From positions 1 to 64,000 of the forward strand of contig NW_026938616.1 of NCBI RefSeq assembly GCF_032062105.1: 64,000 bases of DNA, written 5' to 3'. Position numbers and translations under genes: made by a program. Source of the stretch: Saccostrea cucullata. Lineage: Eukaryota. Under the pieces are notes generated by a model. It searched no databases. It saw only the letters and a list, made by a program, of their open reading frames with translations, and was not told the DNA's origin. Shown here piece by piece: positions 1 to 11,463 of the stretch (position 1 is its first letter; the number at the start of each line of letters is the position of its first letter).

Positions 1-479
1 AGATGTTATACAATATGGCTGGCTCTATTACAAGTGTCTCCACCTGGTGTTCAGTTACATACCCGCTGTGTTGATGAGCCGATTGAGAACCTGATCTCAC
101 TCGTCTTGTCAAACTTTTTGACAAATATATAATAAATTTAAAACTGTTTTAAACATATAAGATAAAGATTAATTATCTTGACTTTGTTTTCATGGGTTAT
201 AATTTTGAAATTCATATGAACTGAGATTAAAAGTGAGGTTAGAATATGTAAGTGTTGCAAAGCTGTATATGACAAAAGCTTAAAAGCTGATCGCAACAAA
301 GCAGAATAATACTTCTTAAAAATGTACAAAATACACATGTATTTCTACCTCCAATTAACACTTTAAGGTTTCAAACATATAGGTAATCAAAGATTAAAGA
401 TCGAGTGAATCTCATTGAATATTATCTTTAAGTATGGCAAAGTCCCTAACTAGGCTAATAATCTAACAATGTTCATTCC

Positions 480-960
480 TATTATAGATATAACTTTTTA
501 TGCCCATCTGACAAGGCTTGAAGTCTTACACTAGATTGGGTGTTCTTCAAAAACTTTATCTGGAAAATGTAGGTCAAATCCAGTACCAGTATTTGAAGCA
601 TTAACTCTTGTAGTGTGCATTGATCCTTTAATGCATCAACCATGCAAGTTTGGGTCAGACTGGCCATATACATGTAATTTCTTGGAAATGGACTTACCCC
701 AAAAATTTTACCCTGGTCGCTTACCTGAGTAGGTCAAATTACTTTGGTGTACATCCAATGATGCATCACATCATCCATACAAGTTTGGTTCAGATAGGCC
801 ATAATATATACTTGGTTAATAGACCTGCTCCAAAAACTTTAACCTGGTCAATCAACTGGAAAAATTGGACTCAGATTCAGCATCTGAAGCTAGTTTCCAC
901 TAGTTTGAATCCTTAGATGTATCATCCAGGCAAGTTTGGTCACTATATAAAGCTTAATAT
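480..960. repeat. Degenerate HINE/satellite-like repeat fragment
   Basis: Recurring CATCCA..CAAGTTTGG(T/G)TCA and CAAAAACTTTA motifs about 130-150 bp apart. Confidence 0.45.
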
Positions 961-1408
961 AGTTACTTGCATGCTGATAATGATAGAAGGGTGGGGGTGT
1001 CAGTTTTAAACAGACTGAGTTACTGGGTACTTGGTAAGAGCTACTCTAAAAACTTTCTTCTTTAGCTGATATTGCAGAATCTGGAAGTACCCTGACTGGG
1101 TACCTGGAACATATGTGTACTAGAAGCATCAGACAGCCTGGTATACCTTTGATTAAATAGAGGGCATAGAAGTACATGAAAAGAAATCTACTCAAAAAAC
1201 CTTAACCTTGGACGCCAACACTGAACCAAAAGGTATTATAATAAGCTCCCTCCGATTTCTTTGAGGTGAGCTTAAATACTGCATATTACTGTGTAATGTC
1301 TTTAATGAAAATGTCATTATTAGTTCATGTATAAACAAAAAGTGAAATTGTACATCCAAGTCATTATATGGCACTATTTTGTAAATGTGTCCTTCCTTTT
1401 AAGAGATA

Positions 1409-1665
1409 GCTCAGCTTTCTTGATGCAAAATGTGCATTAATGTTGATCTGATTTGGTCACATAGGACAAGATGGCTCAGCTTTCTTGATGCAAAATGTGC
1501 TTTAATGTTGATCTGATTTGGTCACATGGGACAAGATGGCTCAGCTTTCTTGATGCAAAATGTGCTTTAATGTTGATCTGATTTGGTCACATAGGACAAG
1601 ATGGCTCAGCTTTCTTGATGCAAAATGTGCTTTAATGTTGATCTGATTTGGTCACATAGGACAAG
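1409..1665. repeat. Minisatellite, 65-bp unit x4
   Basis: GCTCAGCTTTCTTGATGCAAAATGTGC... starts at 1409, 1474, 1539 and 1604; near-identical copies. Confidence 0.97.
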
Positions 1666-1714
1666 CTTTCCTCATGTTTGTACTAACATGTTTAATGATT
1701 ATCAATAAACTCAC

Positions 1715-1763
1715 CTATTTGTCCTTGACACGACCTTGTGAGAGCCTCCTCTTCTGTCTCCAG
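1715..1763 (-). CDS. KATNAL2: Probable KATNAL2 coding exon (A)[15 protein letters not shown](S/R)
   Basis: ttattttaaacag acceptor, AG|gtgagt consensus donor; open when entered in phase 1; falls in the poorly conserved linker, so no homology support. Confidence 0.6.
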
Positions 1764-4700
1764 CTGTTTAAAATAAATGAACATTGTAAACATTTCATTT
1801 TTTTATATTTCTTTTGTAGCAGATCACAATGCTTTAGGCTTGTTTTATGAATTAATGATTTTTAATTTGAACCAATGATTTTCTATAGCTCTGAAATCAT
1901 CTACATATGTAGTCATATTTCTTATCATGTGAAAATTATCAAAACTTTCCCATCCATATTTTAAAAGCTGCCTTCTTCATCATTATTTATACTTATACAT
2001 TGAAACAGAAAATAAATTGGAGGAGGGAAGGGGGTGTGCCTGTGTTTTCCAGGGGAAAAGTGCCTCTATATTTAGCTATTCAGTTTAGATCATGAAAACA
2101 GTCAATTCTGTAGATTGTTCTATTGCAGAATTATTATTAGAGTTACTGCCCTTATACAATTCAAAATTAAAACTTAAACTGTAAATCCAGGGGAAACACT
2201 TTTAATGTGAATCCAAGGGTTAAAATTAATGTTCATCTTATTTTGAATGTTTATCAATTTCTTTGATGCTTAATATTGATAGAATTTTCCTTGCATGGAT
2301 TATATTTTTTTTCCATTAATTTTCTTGCTCAATTTCTGAACTTTCAAATGATCTGCTCTACCTCCAGTGCAGGAGAACTAACTTACTTAGTTACGGTAAT
2401 TAACCTCACACATAAAACATAACTAAAGCACTGTGTCTTCACTTTTATTTCACAAAGTAGTAAATGTCACAATAAATAGTAGAAATTTATTTCCTAGATT
2501 TGATTAAAACAAAACTGCTGTATCAGAAGTTACATTTTTATAGCCTCATTAGCCTGCATTCTTTATAAGTCATTTTTACCATTTTATCCTCTGTCATGCT
2601 TCTTTTAAATTGATGTATACTTTTATTGACAGATCAAAGCATATTTGTCATGTAGTTGACTTTAATCATATTGTTTCGTCCCCTAGCTTATTCCCTTCAC
2701 CCAATGAACAAATGAACAAAACAGTGCTAAATTAAAGATGCTTAAAAGATGCAATGTTCACAGCATTCAGTTTGTCAGGCGTGTAATCCACAAAATACAC
2801 AACAGGAATCTATATGTCTTTTTAGTGTTACTTAAAAACTTATCATATGCATAACCAACTTACGTTAAAAGAAAATAAAACATATTCCTGCAAGATGAAT
2901 AGTTTTTATGCAGGTAGCTATAATAATAACAGTTTTCAAATTGTACTTGCTTAAGTAACAGACAATAAATACATTACTATATTAAGGGAAAAAAAGACTT
3001 AGCAATAAACATGCAGTTCTTAGTAACCATAGCAACCATGAACTGAAGGCCCAAGGGCTGTAATGTCACATACGCATCATGAGGCAACCGTCCTACACTA
3101 ATTCTCTAGACAAGAGCCATCTGAATGTTTTAAAAGCTTACTTGAGCTTTAAGCTCAGGCAAGCTGATAAAAAACATTGTCAGTTTCTCTATAACAAATT
3201 CAAATGTATGACCTTGACAAAACTACACATATCTGGCTTCTCCAGCTAGATTAAGCAACGTAGACCTTAACAATATGTCCTTTTATCAGAAAACATTTTT
3301 TAATTAGTTTCATTTTTATCAGAAAACATTTTTAATTAGTTTCATTGTTTTTGATGTAGAGTATAAAAAAAATTATGCTTTCCTTTCTTTTCTCCTTGAC
3401 TTTTTCCAAAGACACATGAGGCATTAAATATATTATGGTTAAAAAAATAATAGATGAACATTTTAGAAGTTTTAGTCCCAAAGAAACCCCTTTTGTCCAA
3501 GAAAAAGGAGGACATAAAATTTCCTGTTTTTGTTTTCCCCTCCTGCTCAAGAATGTTGTGTATAAAAATTGAGTACATTTGGTTTTCAAAATTCAGAGAA
3601 GAAGTGTAAATTCTCCCAAAGTTTACAAGTAATGTCATGGGTGACAAATAATGGCAGAAAAAATAGATAGCAGTTGGACACCTGGGTGCCCAACAAATTC
3701 AAGTGCTACAGATTAATTAAAGGTTTTTCAAGTCTCCTGTTGTTGTGTGCATGTGGATGTGAATTTGTGCCAGATGCCAGTCTGAGAGATGGTTATGTAT
3801 CATTAATAATAATCTATAACTAACTTTTTTTATTACATCTTACCCATTGTGACAGAAGAGTCAATGACTGGAGGAAAATCAACACATAGTCTTATCATGA
3901 CATGCAAACTAAATGCAAAGTATGGCACAACCAAATGAATTAAAAGGTGTTTACTCAAATGAAAAAATATGATGGTTAATAATTCACACATCACACATAT
4001 TGATCAACATATGCAATATTAGAGAGAGAACAGGAAACAAGGCTTTATAACAAGGAGAAATATGTGGGGAAAACTCAGCAATATAGCTATAGCTCACCCT
4101 GAGTTTCTGCTGTCTCTCTCACTTATTGTAACATATTGTATTTGTATACCTTTGGATTGGACAACATATAAAATTCTTTGTAAATTATTTATTTCATAAA
4201 TCTAACACAGAGGTCAGCGAGAATCTCAGGGTGGACAAAAAAGCTGGACAACAACAACAAAGCACAGAACAAGTACCTGGGAATCCTGTAATAAAAATAT
4301 CAACCAATCATTAGTCAGCATGCACGTCTAATCAGAAATTGTCATCATTTACACTACTGGGAAAGGTTTCAAGTTTTCAAGACTCTAGACTTAAGGCTGT
4401 GGTAAACCATACATTACCATGTATTAAATGTTTTTTCAATAAATCAGAATTATAAACAAAATTCTATCATATATGTCAAGAACAAAAACTACAGGATGGT
4501 GAGAATTACATACATGCAAAAGTGAAAAAAAAACTTTATTCGGTATATATGTATTCATTCATGCAAAAGTAAAATGTTATTTGTATACACTGTATTATCA
4601 TCAAAAAGTTAACTTTCAAAACTAGTGACTATGACAACATCAAGCAAATTTCTGTAAATTTAATACCAGGGTTTACAGAAAACTTACGAATGTTATCTGA

Positions 4701-6645
4701 AATGAAAGATAGTGCATTGTGAATCAGAAAAATTTGTTGTACCAAGGCACAATTTCATTTATAGAACCAGGAACCCATTTTTACTAAAACTAAAAAAAAA
4801 AAATCCTTGGGTAATATAAATTTTCTCATCAAAATAATAATCAATTTTTAAATAGTGAAATAAATTTAGAACATATCTGGCTATTAAATTTCTTATACTA
4901 GACTAAAGCAACCAGAAGGCAATATCCCTCAGGATCAACCAAAGGCAGGAGGGGGTATAGTGGCTTTGACAGAGTTCCACCACAATTATGAGAAACTTTC
5001 TGTTCAGCATGAAATGTTTGTCTTTTTCACACTTACCACTTTGTGGTCCTAGCTTCTTGGTAATTTTAGGATACTTGGAGAACTTGACGTAATAGTACGA
5101 CTCGTATTCCATAAGGATGGTCTCCAAGTCAATGTTGTCACACACTTCATATTTACTCAAGTCAATGTTGGTTTCCTTCGCTAGAGACTGGGCAGAGTCC
5201 ACATACCTACAAATTTATAGTTTTTTTTTGCTTAAAACTTGCAATCATTACACTCCTTATAAAATTGACTTACGAAGGATGATGTCAAGTGACATCACAT
5301 TTTAATATGGACTGAGTGTAAGTGACATTAAAGCTACTAATATATAAAATGAGATAAAGGCATGTTACTGTTAAAACACACCATTTTCTTTCAAAATCAC
5401 CATCAAGTGTTTTGCATAAATATTTATACATACCCTTCTTCATGTAAATAATTTAATACCAGGATTAGTAAGTTTTTCTTCCTTGTGTCAGTTCTCAGTT
5501 CATCCTAAAAAATCCAAAACACAAACTTAGCACTGTTATAAAATAAACACATTCAGTAAAGTTACTTATATCAGAAAACTCAATACCATTACAACTAAAC
5601 TTGGCAAGTGCATGCTCCTAAACATTGTTTTAAACATAGCAAGGGTCAAATAGATAATCATATACACAACTTACAGGGAAATTGAAAGCAAATTGTAACA
5701 CCCAAGAACTTCCAGCTTTGCAAACAAAATGTTCATGGACAAGAAAAGGCAGTAATATAATTAGGCTGACTGGAGTTGGGTTTTTCGGGGGCCAGGGCAG
5801 CAAAATGAAGACTCATTTCATTTATTGTGTAACTAAATAGTTATGTAACAGGCAGGGCAAAATGTCAGCCAGAATGGGACTCGAACCGGGAACCTCCCAC
5901 TTAACATGTGGGTGCTCTAACCACTGAGCCACCAGTCCCTGTTACATTAAATACTGGAGACTTGTTATACATGAAGGGTGCTATATGTCATACCATGAGC
6001 ATCTGCCTTTAGTCATTACCATCCAACCATGTAAACTTCTATTCCTTCTGGGTAGAATAAGAGAAATGAGCCTTCTGGGTAGAATAAGAGAAATGAGCCT
6101 TCAAATTGAAGAAATTGTATTTGTTTTCTGTTGATTAAATGCATGCGTTGACCGACTACCACACCAGCATTTAAGGAAATTATTTCTGAAGCAAAACTAA
6201 CTCTGAATAATTTAATTTTATATTCAGAGTACAGAATCAGGAGCTGAATTGGGTTTGAGTTTATGTGTATAGATTTTAGGTATAGATATATCTTTTTTTA
6301 ACATGCCATTGTTTTTTGTTTTTTAATGCCTGAAAGTTTTGAAACAATTTTTTTTCTCAAAATTTATTTATTTGACATTTACAATTCATGACATAATTTC
6401 AAGACACAACCTCCTACATCAAATCCCTTCTATTGTTAATGTACTATAGGTATACTATAGCATAAAAATTAAATTAATTACAAAAACAAGTGCTTGTGTC
6501 TTGCCCCACTGCCACACTGTCACTTATGTCATTAGAACGTCATTAATTTCAGTATACACAGGCAATATTTAATTTTTAAAATACAATTTACCGCTTCCCT
6601 GGCCTGATTAGCCGTGCGGATGGCCTGATAACTCAACTCAGACAT
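1715..6645 (-). CDS. KATNAL2: Katanin p60 subunit A-like 2, N-terminal (LisH) part; gene continues beyond the left edge
   Basis: Spliced product [98 protein letters not shown] matches the KATNAL2 N-terminus as I recall it ([18 protein letters not shown] signature). Confidence 0.92.
3023..3036. promoter_or_regulatory. Full RFX X-box match GTAACCATAGCAAC in a KATNAL2 intron
   Basis: Fits GTHNYYATRRNAAC exactly; lies next to a repeat remnant. Confidence 0.35.
4277..4285 (-). CDS. KATNAL2: Candidate 9-nt KATNAL2 microexon GATTCCCAG
   Basis: tttttattacag|GATTCCCAG|gtactt; frame-preserving (phase 1/1); upstream branch-like CTGACTAAT and TGCATG. Confidence 0.4.
5037..5206 (-). CDS. KATNAL2: KATNAL2 coding exon 3 [56 protein letters not shown]
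   Basis: ttgtag acceptor, gtaagt donor; phase 2/1; within ORF 4903-5202. Confidence 0.95.
5434..5504 (-). CDS. KATNAL2: KATNAL2 coding exon 2 [23 protein letters not shown](G)
   Basis: ttttttag acceptor, gtatgt donor; phase 0/2; start of LisH motif. Confidence 0.92.
5844..5946. mobile_element. tRNA-containing solo LTR-like element (103 bp), KATNAL2 intron 1
   Basis: TGTAACAGG...CCTGTTACA termini; minus-strand Pol III A box TGGCTCAGTGG and B box GGTTCGAGTCC. Confidence 0.7.
6044..6102. repeat. 27-bp tandem duplication CCTTCTGGGTAGAATAAGAGAAATGAG x2
   Basis: Copies at 6044 and 6071. Confidence 0.9.
6592..6645 (-). CDS. KATNAL2: KATNAL2 coding exon 1 [18 protein letters not shown]
   Basis: ATG at 6645-6643; gtaaat donor; phase 0. 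Confidence 0.9.
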
Positions 6646-6760
6646 TGAATTCATTACACATTTCCCTCTGACATTTTTCCAACTCTTCGTCGTGAAGAAA
6701 TACAAACATGGCTGACCTCTAGTAACGCTCTAGTATCGTCACTCGAGATGTTTCTAGAAT
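6646..6760 (-). promoter_or_regulatory. KATNAL2 5' UTR / core promoter
   Basis: Local CpG cluster; YY1-like AAACATGGCTG (6704-6714); RFX half-site-like CTAGTAAC (6719-6726) and GTTTCTAG (6750-6757) just upstream of the ATG. Confidence 0.55.
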
Positions 6761-7488
6761 TTTATACTAAAGATATAAAAATTATACAGTATGATACCAA
6801 ATGATATAAAATGAAAATATTTGCAATTTTAAATACACCATTTTACTTTATTTTTGAAAAGTTTTAATGCACCTTGCACTTCTATGTACGACTTATTTAA
6901 AAGCTTTGGATAATACTAAAAACCCGATGTAGTAAAAACCTGATTGGTCCGAAGGAAGGACCCTTTATCAGTCCTTTCACCTTTGTAATTTTTTTTTGAC
7001 TTTGAAATAATTATATCATATATAGGTGTATTTTGAAAGTAAAAAATTCAATGTCAATGCACGAAATGAGCCTTTTTTTATCCAGGAAAAATATGTCATA
7101 CAGAGCACTATTCACATCGATTTTTGATTTTTGTGCAAAAAAAATGGGGTCAGTCTAACTACACAGAATACCGTAAAATTAAGGTGCAGTGTAGGACAAC
7201 AAAAACAAGAGGCCCATGGGGCACATCGCTCACCTGAAAAGCTTTGCCCATGCTGTTCTTTACCAGATTCCCCCTTTGTATTACATATTGTGACCCTATA
7301 CCCTACCCCACTGATCATAATTTAGACAATTTGAGATCTACACTATCCCCGGATTTAGCTTTCACATAAGTTTCAGTTTTTCTGGCCCAGGGGTTCTTGA
7401 GAAGAAGATTTTACCTATATATTTCTATGTAAAACTCTGATTCCCCATTGTGGCCCCACCCAATTAACCCCTGGGGGTCATGATTTGA

Positions 7489-7846
7489 AGCAATATGAGC
7501 TGCATGTTTACATCAGAAAATTTTATTGCAAATTTGTAATTAACTACTCTAATGACAAACAAATAAATCATTTATAAACTTCTGTCGCTCATATTTGCGA
7601 TGGAATTTTTTTTATTATATAGCTATGATTGAAGCAAAATTGAATTATTGTCGTCCTGTACAATAATGATTTCTTATATAAAACTGCATGTATATTCGAT
7701 CAGTTGTACAGAAATATTTCTTCTGAAACATTTTCAATGTTTATTTTGGGCTTATTGGTCGTAAGGGTTTAAATTACATACAAATTAATCATAATAACAC
7801 ATTTTATCAGAAAAATTAAATTCTCAACGATACAGCTCATATTGCT
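7489..7846. mobile_element. Kolobok-type MITE (358 bp)
   Basis: Perfect 14-bp TIR AGCAATATGAGCTG / CAGCTCATATTGCT; 4-bp TSD TTGA (7485-7488, 7847-7850); removing it restores host GATTTGAACAATT. Confidence 0.8.
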
Positions 7847-8387
7847 TTGAACAATTCCCTTACCAAAATACTCACCTTCTGGCAACATCTTCTGGCATTA
7901 TTGCTGCAATATTGCAGCAACATTCTGGCAATACATTGCAGCAATAATGCGGCAATATCGTTTTTCTTATGTAAATTAGATTTGCGGCAATATTGCCAGA
8001 AAAGTGTTGCGGCATTAATATTGCGGCAATATTGTACAGCAACATTCTGGCAGTATATATTGCAGCAATATCATTTTTCATATGTAAATTAGATTTGCGG
8101 CAATATTGCCGGAAAGGTGTTGCAGCAATGTTGCTGCAAAGCAATTGCAGTACATGTATTATTTCAGGTTTTGCTGCAGATCGAAATATTAAGGCAACAC
8201 TGCAGTACTACCTATATATATATTAAATTGGTATTTAATAGAAATAATGATCTATCAATGTAACAATTAACAAACTGTGCTGTCGAGGAACATAAAAATC
8301 AATAGCATAATAAGCCACAGAGTCAGTAAGAAATAGCTACTTAAGCTTATGCTATTCTTTGAAAAGATAGAAAAATTTTGTTGAAAA

Positions 8388-9092
8388 AAGATGTACGCGT
8401 GTCTTTGAAACACTAATACCCCAAGCAGCAACAAAGTTTGTCAAACCATTTTTAGCATATAGGTCACAGTCAAAGTTACAAGGTCATTGATCTTGGTGTC
8501 ATTTGAAAGAACTTAATTAGTGGAATATGCATACTAAATATGAAGTCTCTTTTTCTTATGGTTCAAAATTTATGGTGGAGGTTTAAAAAGGCTATTTTTA
8601 GCATATAGATCACAGTAAAGGTCACAAGGTCATTGACTTCGGTGTCATTTGAAAAAGCATAATTAGTGAAGAATGCATACCAAATATGAGGTCGCCATCT
8701 TTCATGGTTCAAAAGTTATGTTGAAGGTTCAAAAAATCTATTTTTAGCATATGGGTCACAGCAAAGGTTACAAGGTCAAAGACCTTGGTGTCATTTTAAA
8801 TACCTAAATAAGTTGAGTATGATAGTCTCTATTTCTCATGGTTCTTAAATTATGGCGAATATTCAATAAAAAACTATTTTTAGCATATAGGTCACAGTCA
8901 AGGTCACAAGGTCATTGACCTTGGTGTCGTTTGAAAGGACTTAATTAGTGGAGTATGCATACCAAATATGATTAAGTCTTTATCTCTCATTGGTTAAAAA
9001 AATATCACTTATGGCAAAGATAAAGTTTACAAACAGACATGCAGGACAAAAACAATATGTGCCCCCAGTCTATCAATCCAGGCACATCAAAA
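8388..9092. mobile_element. HINE-like element with about 4 monomers of 137-146 bp, nested inside the EnSpm-like element
   Basis: GGTCACAGTCAAGGTCACAAGGTCATTGACCTTGGTGTC units near 8462, 8607, 8753 and 8890; ACAAACAGAC tail and degenerate terminal hairpin. Confidence 0.75.
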
Positions 9093-9242
9093 CTGTGTAT
9101 ATAAAAAAATATTAATATGCCACTGTGAAAATGTCCAGCAACTCTGCATTAATTTTCAAATAACCTTAATTAGCTGCCCATCACATATTCCCGGCCAATG
9201 CCAATCAGTATAATGTATAATATAGCTTGTTTGTAATTTCCA

Positions 9243-9244
<2 letters not shown>

Positions 9245-9316
<72 letters not shown>
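9245..9316. repeat. (AT)36 microsatellite
   Basis: Perfect dinucleotide run. Confidence 0.98.
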
Positions 9317-9321
<5 letters not shown>

Positions 9322-10343
9322 CATTGTTTTCTAAAAAAGAATATGGTTTTGACTTACCAAGTCTGATATATATACCATGAAAACAGAGTTAGACATTCCT
9401 ATAATTCCTATAATTCTTTCAAAAGGCCATGCTATGGAAACTGCTGAAATTCTTTTTTCTGGCTATTCCACATTATTCAGTCTTACTAGTCATCATGTCT
9501 AATCCTATTGTACACAATTAACAACTCCAATTAACTTGATACCATTCAGTAATGAAGCAAAACATGCTTGCCTTTGAATTCCCTCCATTTTATTTAAAAA
9601 GAGGAAGTAAATGACTAAGCATGCTCACAAATGCCAAATGGGTAATCCTAGATCTTCTGGTGACATTCTTGCAATACTGCCAGAAAGTTTTTTTCTGGCA
9701 GTATTGCCAGAATGTCACCAGAAGTTGTTGCAGCTAGCGGTGTTGCAGCTAGTGGCACTAACCCAAAAAGCTTGTTTCTGGTGACAAAAATGTGTTGCTG
9801 CAATGTTGCCGCAATATAGCAGCAATATTGCTGCAATAATTTTACTTTGGTAAGGGTTAAGAATTAATTTACACTACCCCTGGATGCTTCCACATAAGTT
9901 TCAGCTTTTCTGGCCCAGTGGTTCTTGAGAAGATTTTTCCTATTTATTTTTATGTAAAACTTTGATACCCGATTGTGGCCCCACCCTACCCACGGAGGTC
10001 ATGATTTGAACAATTTAGAATCTACACTACCCCAGGATGCTTCCACATAAGTTTTAGCTTTTCTGGCTCAGTGGTTCTTGAGAAGATTTTTTAATGACCC
10101 CACCCTATTTTTGCCTTTTCTTGATTATCTCCCCTTATGAGGGGACTTGGCCCTTAATTCATTTTAACAATTTAAATTCCCCTTCATCCAAGGATGCTTT
10201 GTATCAAGTTTGATCAAAATTGCAGCCTATATATATATAGTGGTTCTTGAGAAGAAGTTGAAAATGTGAAAAGTTTTCAGACGGACGGACGGACAGACAG
10301 CCTGACAGCTAGACGGACAGATGGATGGACGAGGGACAAAATG

Positions 10344-10386
<43 letters not shown>

Positions 10387-10532
10387 TGATAGATTAAAAT
10401 CCTAAATTGATAAAGCTTATTTTTTCATCTGAGGCAACTCCAGCTTAAAGAGCTATAATGCTATATCCATGCGTGTGCTAGTTTTTGGAATATAAGGGTA
10501 ATGAGCTGCAGACCTCTACTTAATTTTTTTTA

Positions 10533-11350
10533 AACAAGATAACAGTGATCAATAAAAAAAAATATATTGATAATAAAAATCTTATTTGCAGCCCTGCTGT
10601 TCTTCACAAAAAGATTTTTTTTTTTAATTTAGATATCTTCGATCCCTTATTTATGCCACCACTACTCCTAATTAAGACCTGGTCATGAATTGAACTTTTT
10701 GAATCTACAAAATAAAGATGCTTGCGACTATTAATAACACTATTAAGGCTGCATGTTACATAAGGTTTTTCCTACATTTTCTTGTTAAACTTTTATCTTT
10801 TGTGGCCCAACCCTTACGGGGGACGGGCAATTGATTTGTACAAATAGAATAATTCATTTGGACTTGGGATACACTACCTCAGAATTCTTATATCACTAAT
10901 CATGCATGTCCTTAATCACTAATCATGCATGTCCTTGATCACTAATCATGCATGTCCTTGCTGTGCTGATGAAATATATCTGTAATTGGTATTTTCCCCC
11001 CTTAGGAATCCCCATGTTAAAACCTTGATGTTATTTTATACCGGTCTGGAGATCATATATGATTAAAAAAAATACATTTATCAAGGAAGCTTGCATACAT
11101 GTTTTCTATTCTCGATTTTTAAGGCAGTTGGCCTCGTTTCCATTTTATTGATTATCTCCCCTTAAAGAGGGTGTGGCCCTTCATTAAAAAAGATGAATCT
11201 CTTTCACTTTAAAGGATATGCTTTGTAGCAAAAGGTCTAGTGGACTTAGGAAAGAAGTCGAAAATATGAAAAATTATTAATTGATGAATATTACATGATA
11301 GATTGACAACAGACAACAGATGATCAGAAAAGCTCATTTGAACCTTCAGA
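10533..11350. mobile_element. Old, degenerate HINE copy related to 7204-10386, containing a 23-bp x3 tandem repeat (10892-10960)
   Basis: GATTATCTCCCC..GTGGCCCTTCA and TGATCAGAAAAGCTCATTTGAACC match the 3' part of the adjacent family; ATCACTAATCATGCATGTCCTT(A/G) x3. Confidence 0.6.
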
Positions 11351-11463
11351 TTATTATTGCGCCAAACTGGTGATTATACTTAAAAAAAAATTGTCATCAC
11401 TTTTAATGGTGTATAATTCTTGTTAAAAAAAACCAAGTAAATCATTAAGTGTTTAGATAGTAA

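Larger units (their letters stand above)
7857..9856. mobile_element. Non-autonomous EnSpm/CACTA-like element (2.0 kb)
   Basis: TIR CCCTTACCAAA / TTTGGTAAGGG; 2-bp TSD TT; many subterminal palindromic GCAATATTGC-type repeats at both ends. Confidence 0.75.
7204..10386. mobile_element. Helentron-associated non-autonomous element (HINE / CvA-pearl-like), host of nested insertions
   Basis: AACAAGAGGCCCATGGGGCACATCGCTCACCTGA at the left; about 150-bp monomers (TCTACACTAC..GATGCTTCCACATAAG); GGAC/GACA microsatellite; terminal hairpin AGCTCACTTGAGCCTTCGGCTCAGGTGAGCT at the right. Confidence 0.85.

Noticed and set aside
1409-1665. CRISPR-like regular repeats (also 15069-15944)
   Set aside because: Head-to-tail units without unique spacers; eukaryotic context; no cas genes.
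3332-3647. Two overlapping minus-strand ORFs in the KATNAL2 intron
   Set aside because: Low-complexity F/K/I-rich translations of AT-rich DNA, with no AAA-domain similarity.
4097-4112. Second KATNAL2 microexon before a GTGAGC donor-like site
   Set aside because: Upstream sequence is purine-rich (GAGAGAGACAG) with no pyrimidine tract.
5844-5946. Functional tRNA gene
   Set aside because: A/B boxes are present but the acceptor stem does not pair convincingly, and the unit is bounded by LTR-like inverted ends.
7847-8226. Overlapping Q/Y/C/A-rich ORFs on both strands (also 9648-9836)
   Set aside because: Produced by palindromic GCAATATTGC subterminal repeats of the EnSpm-like element.
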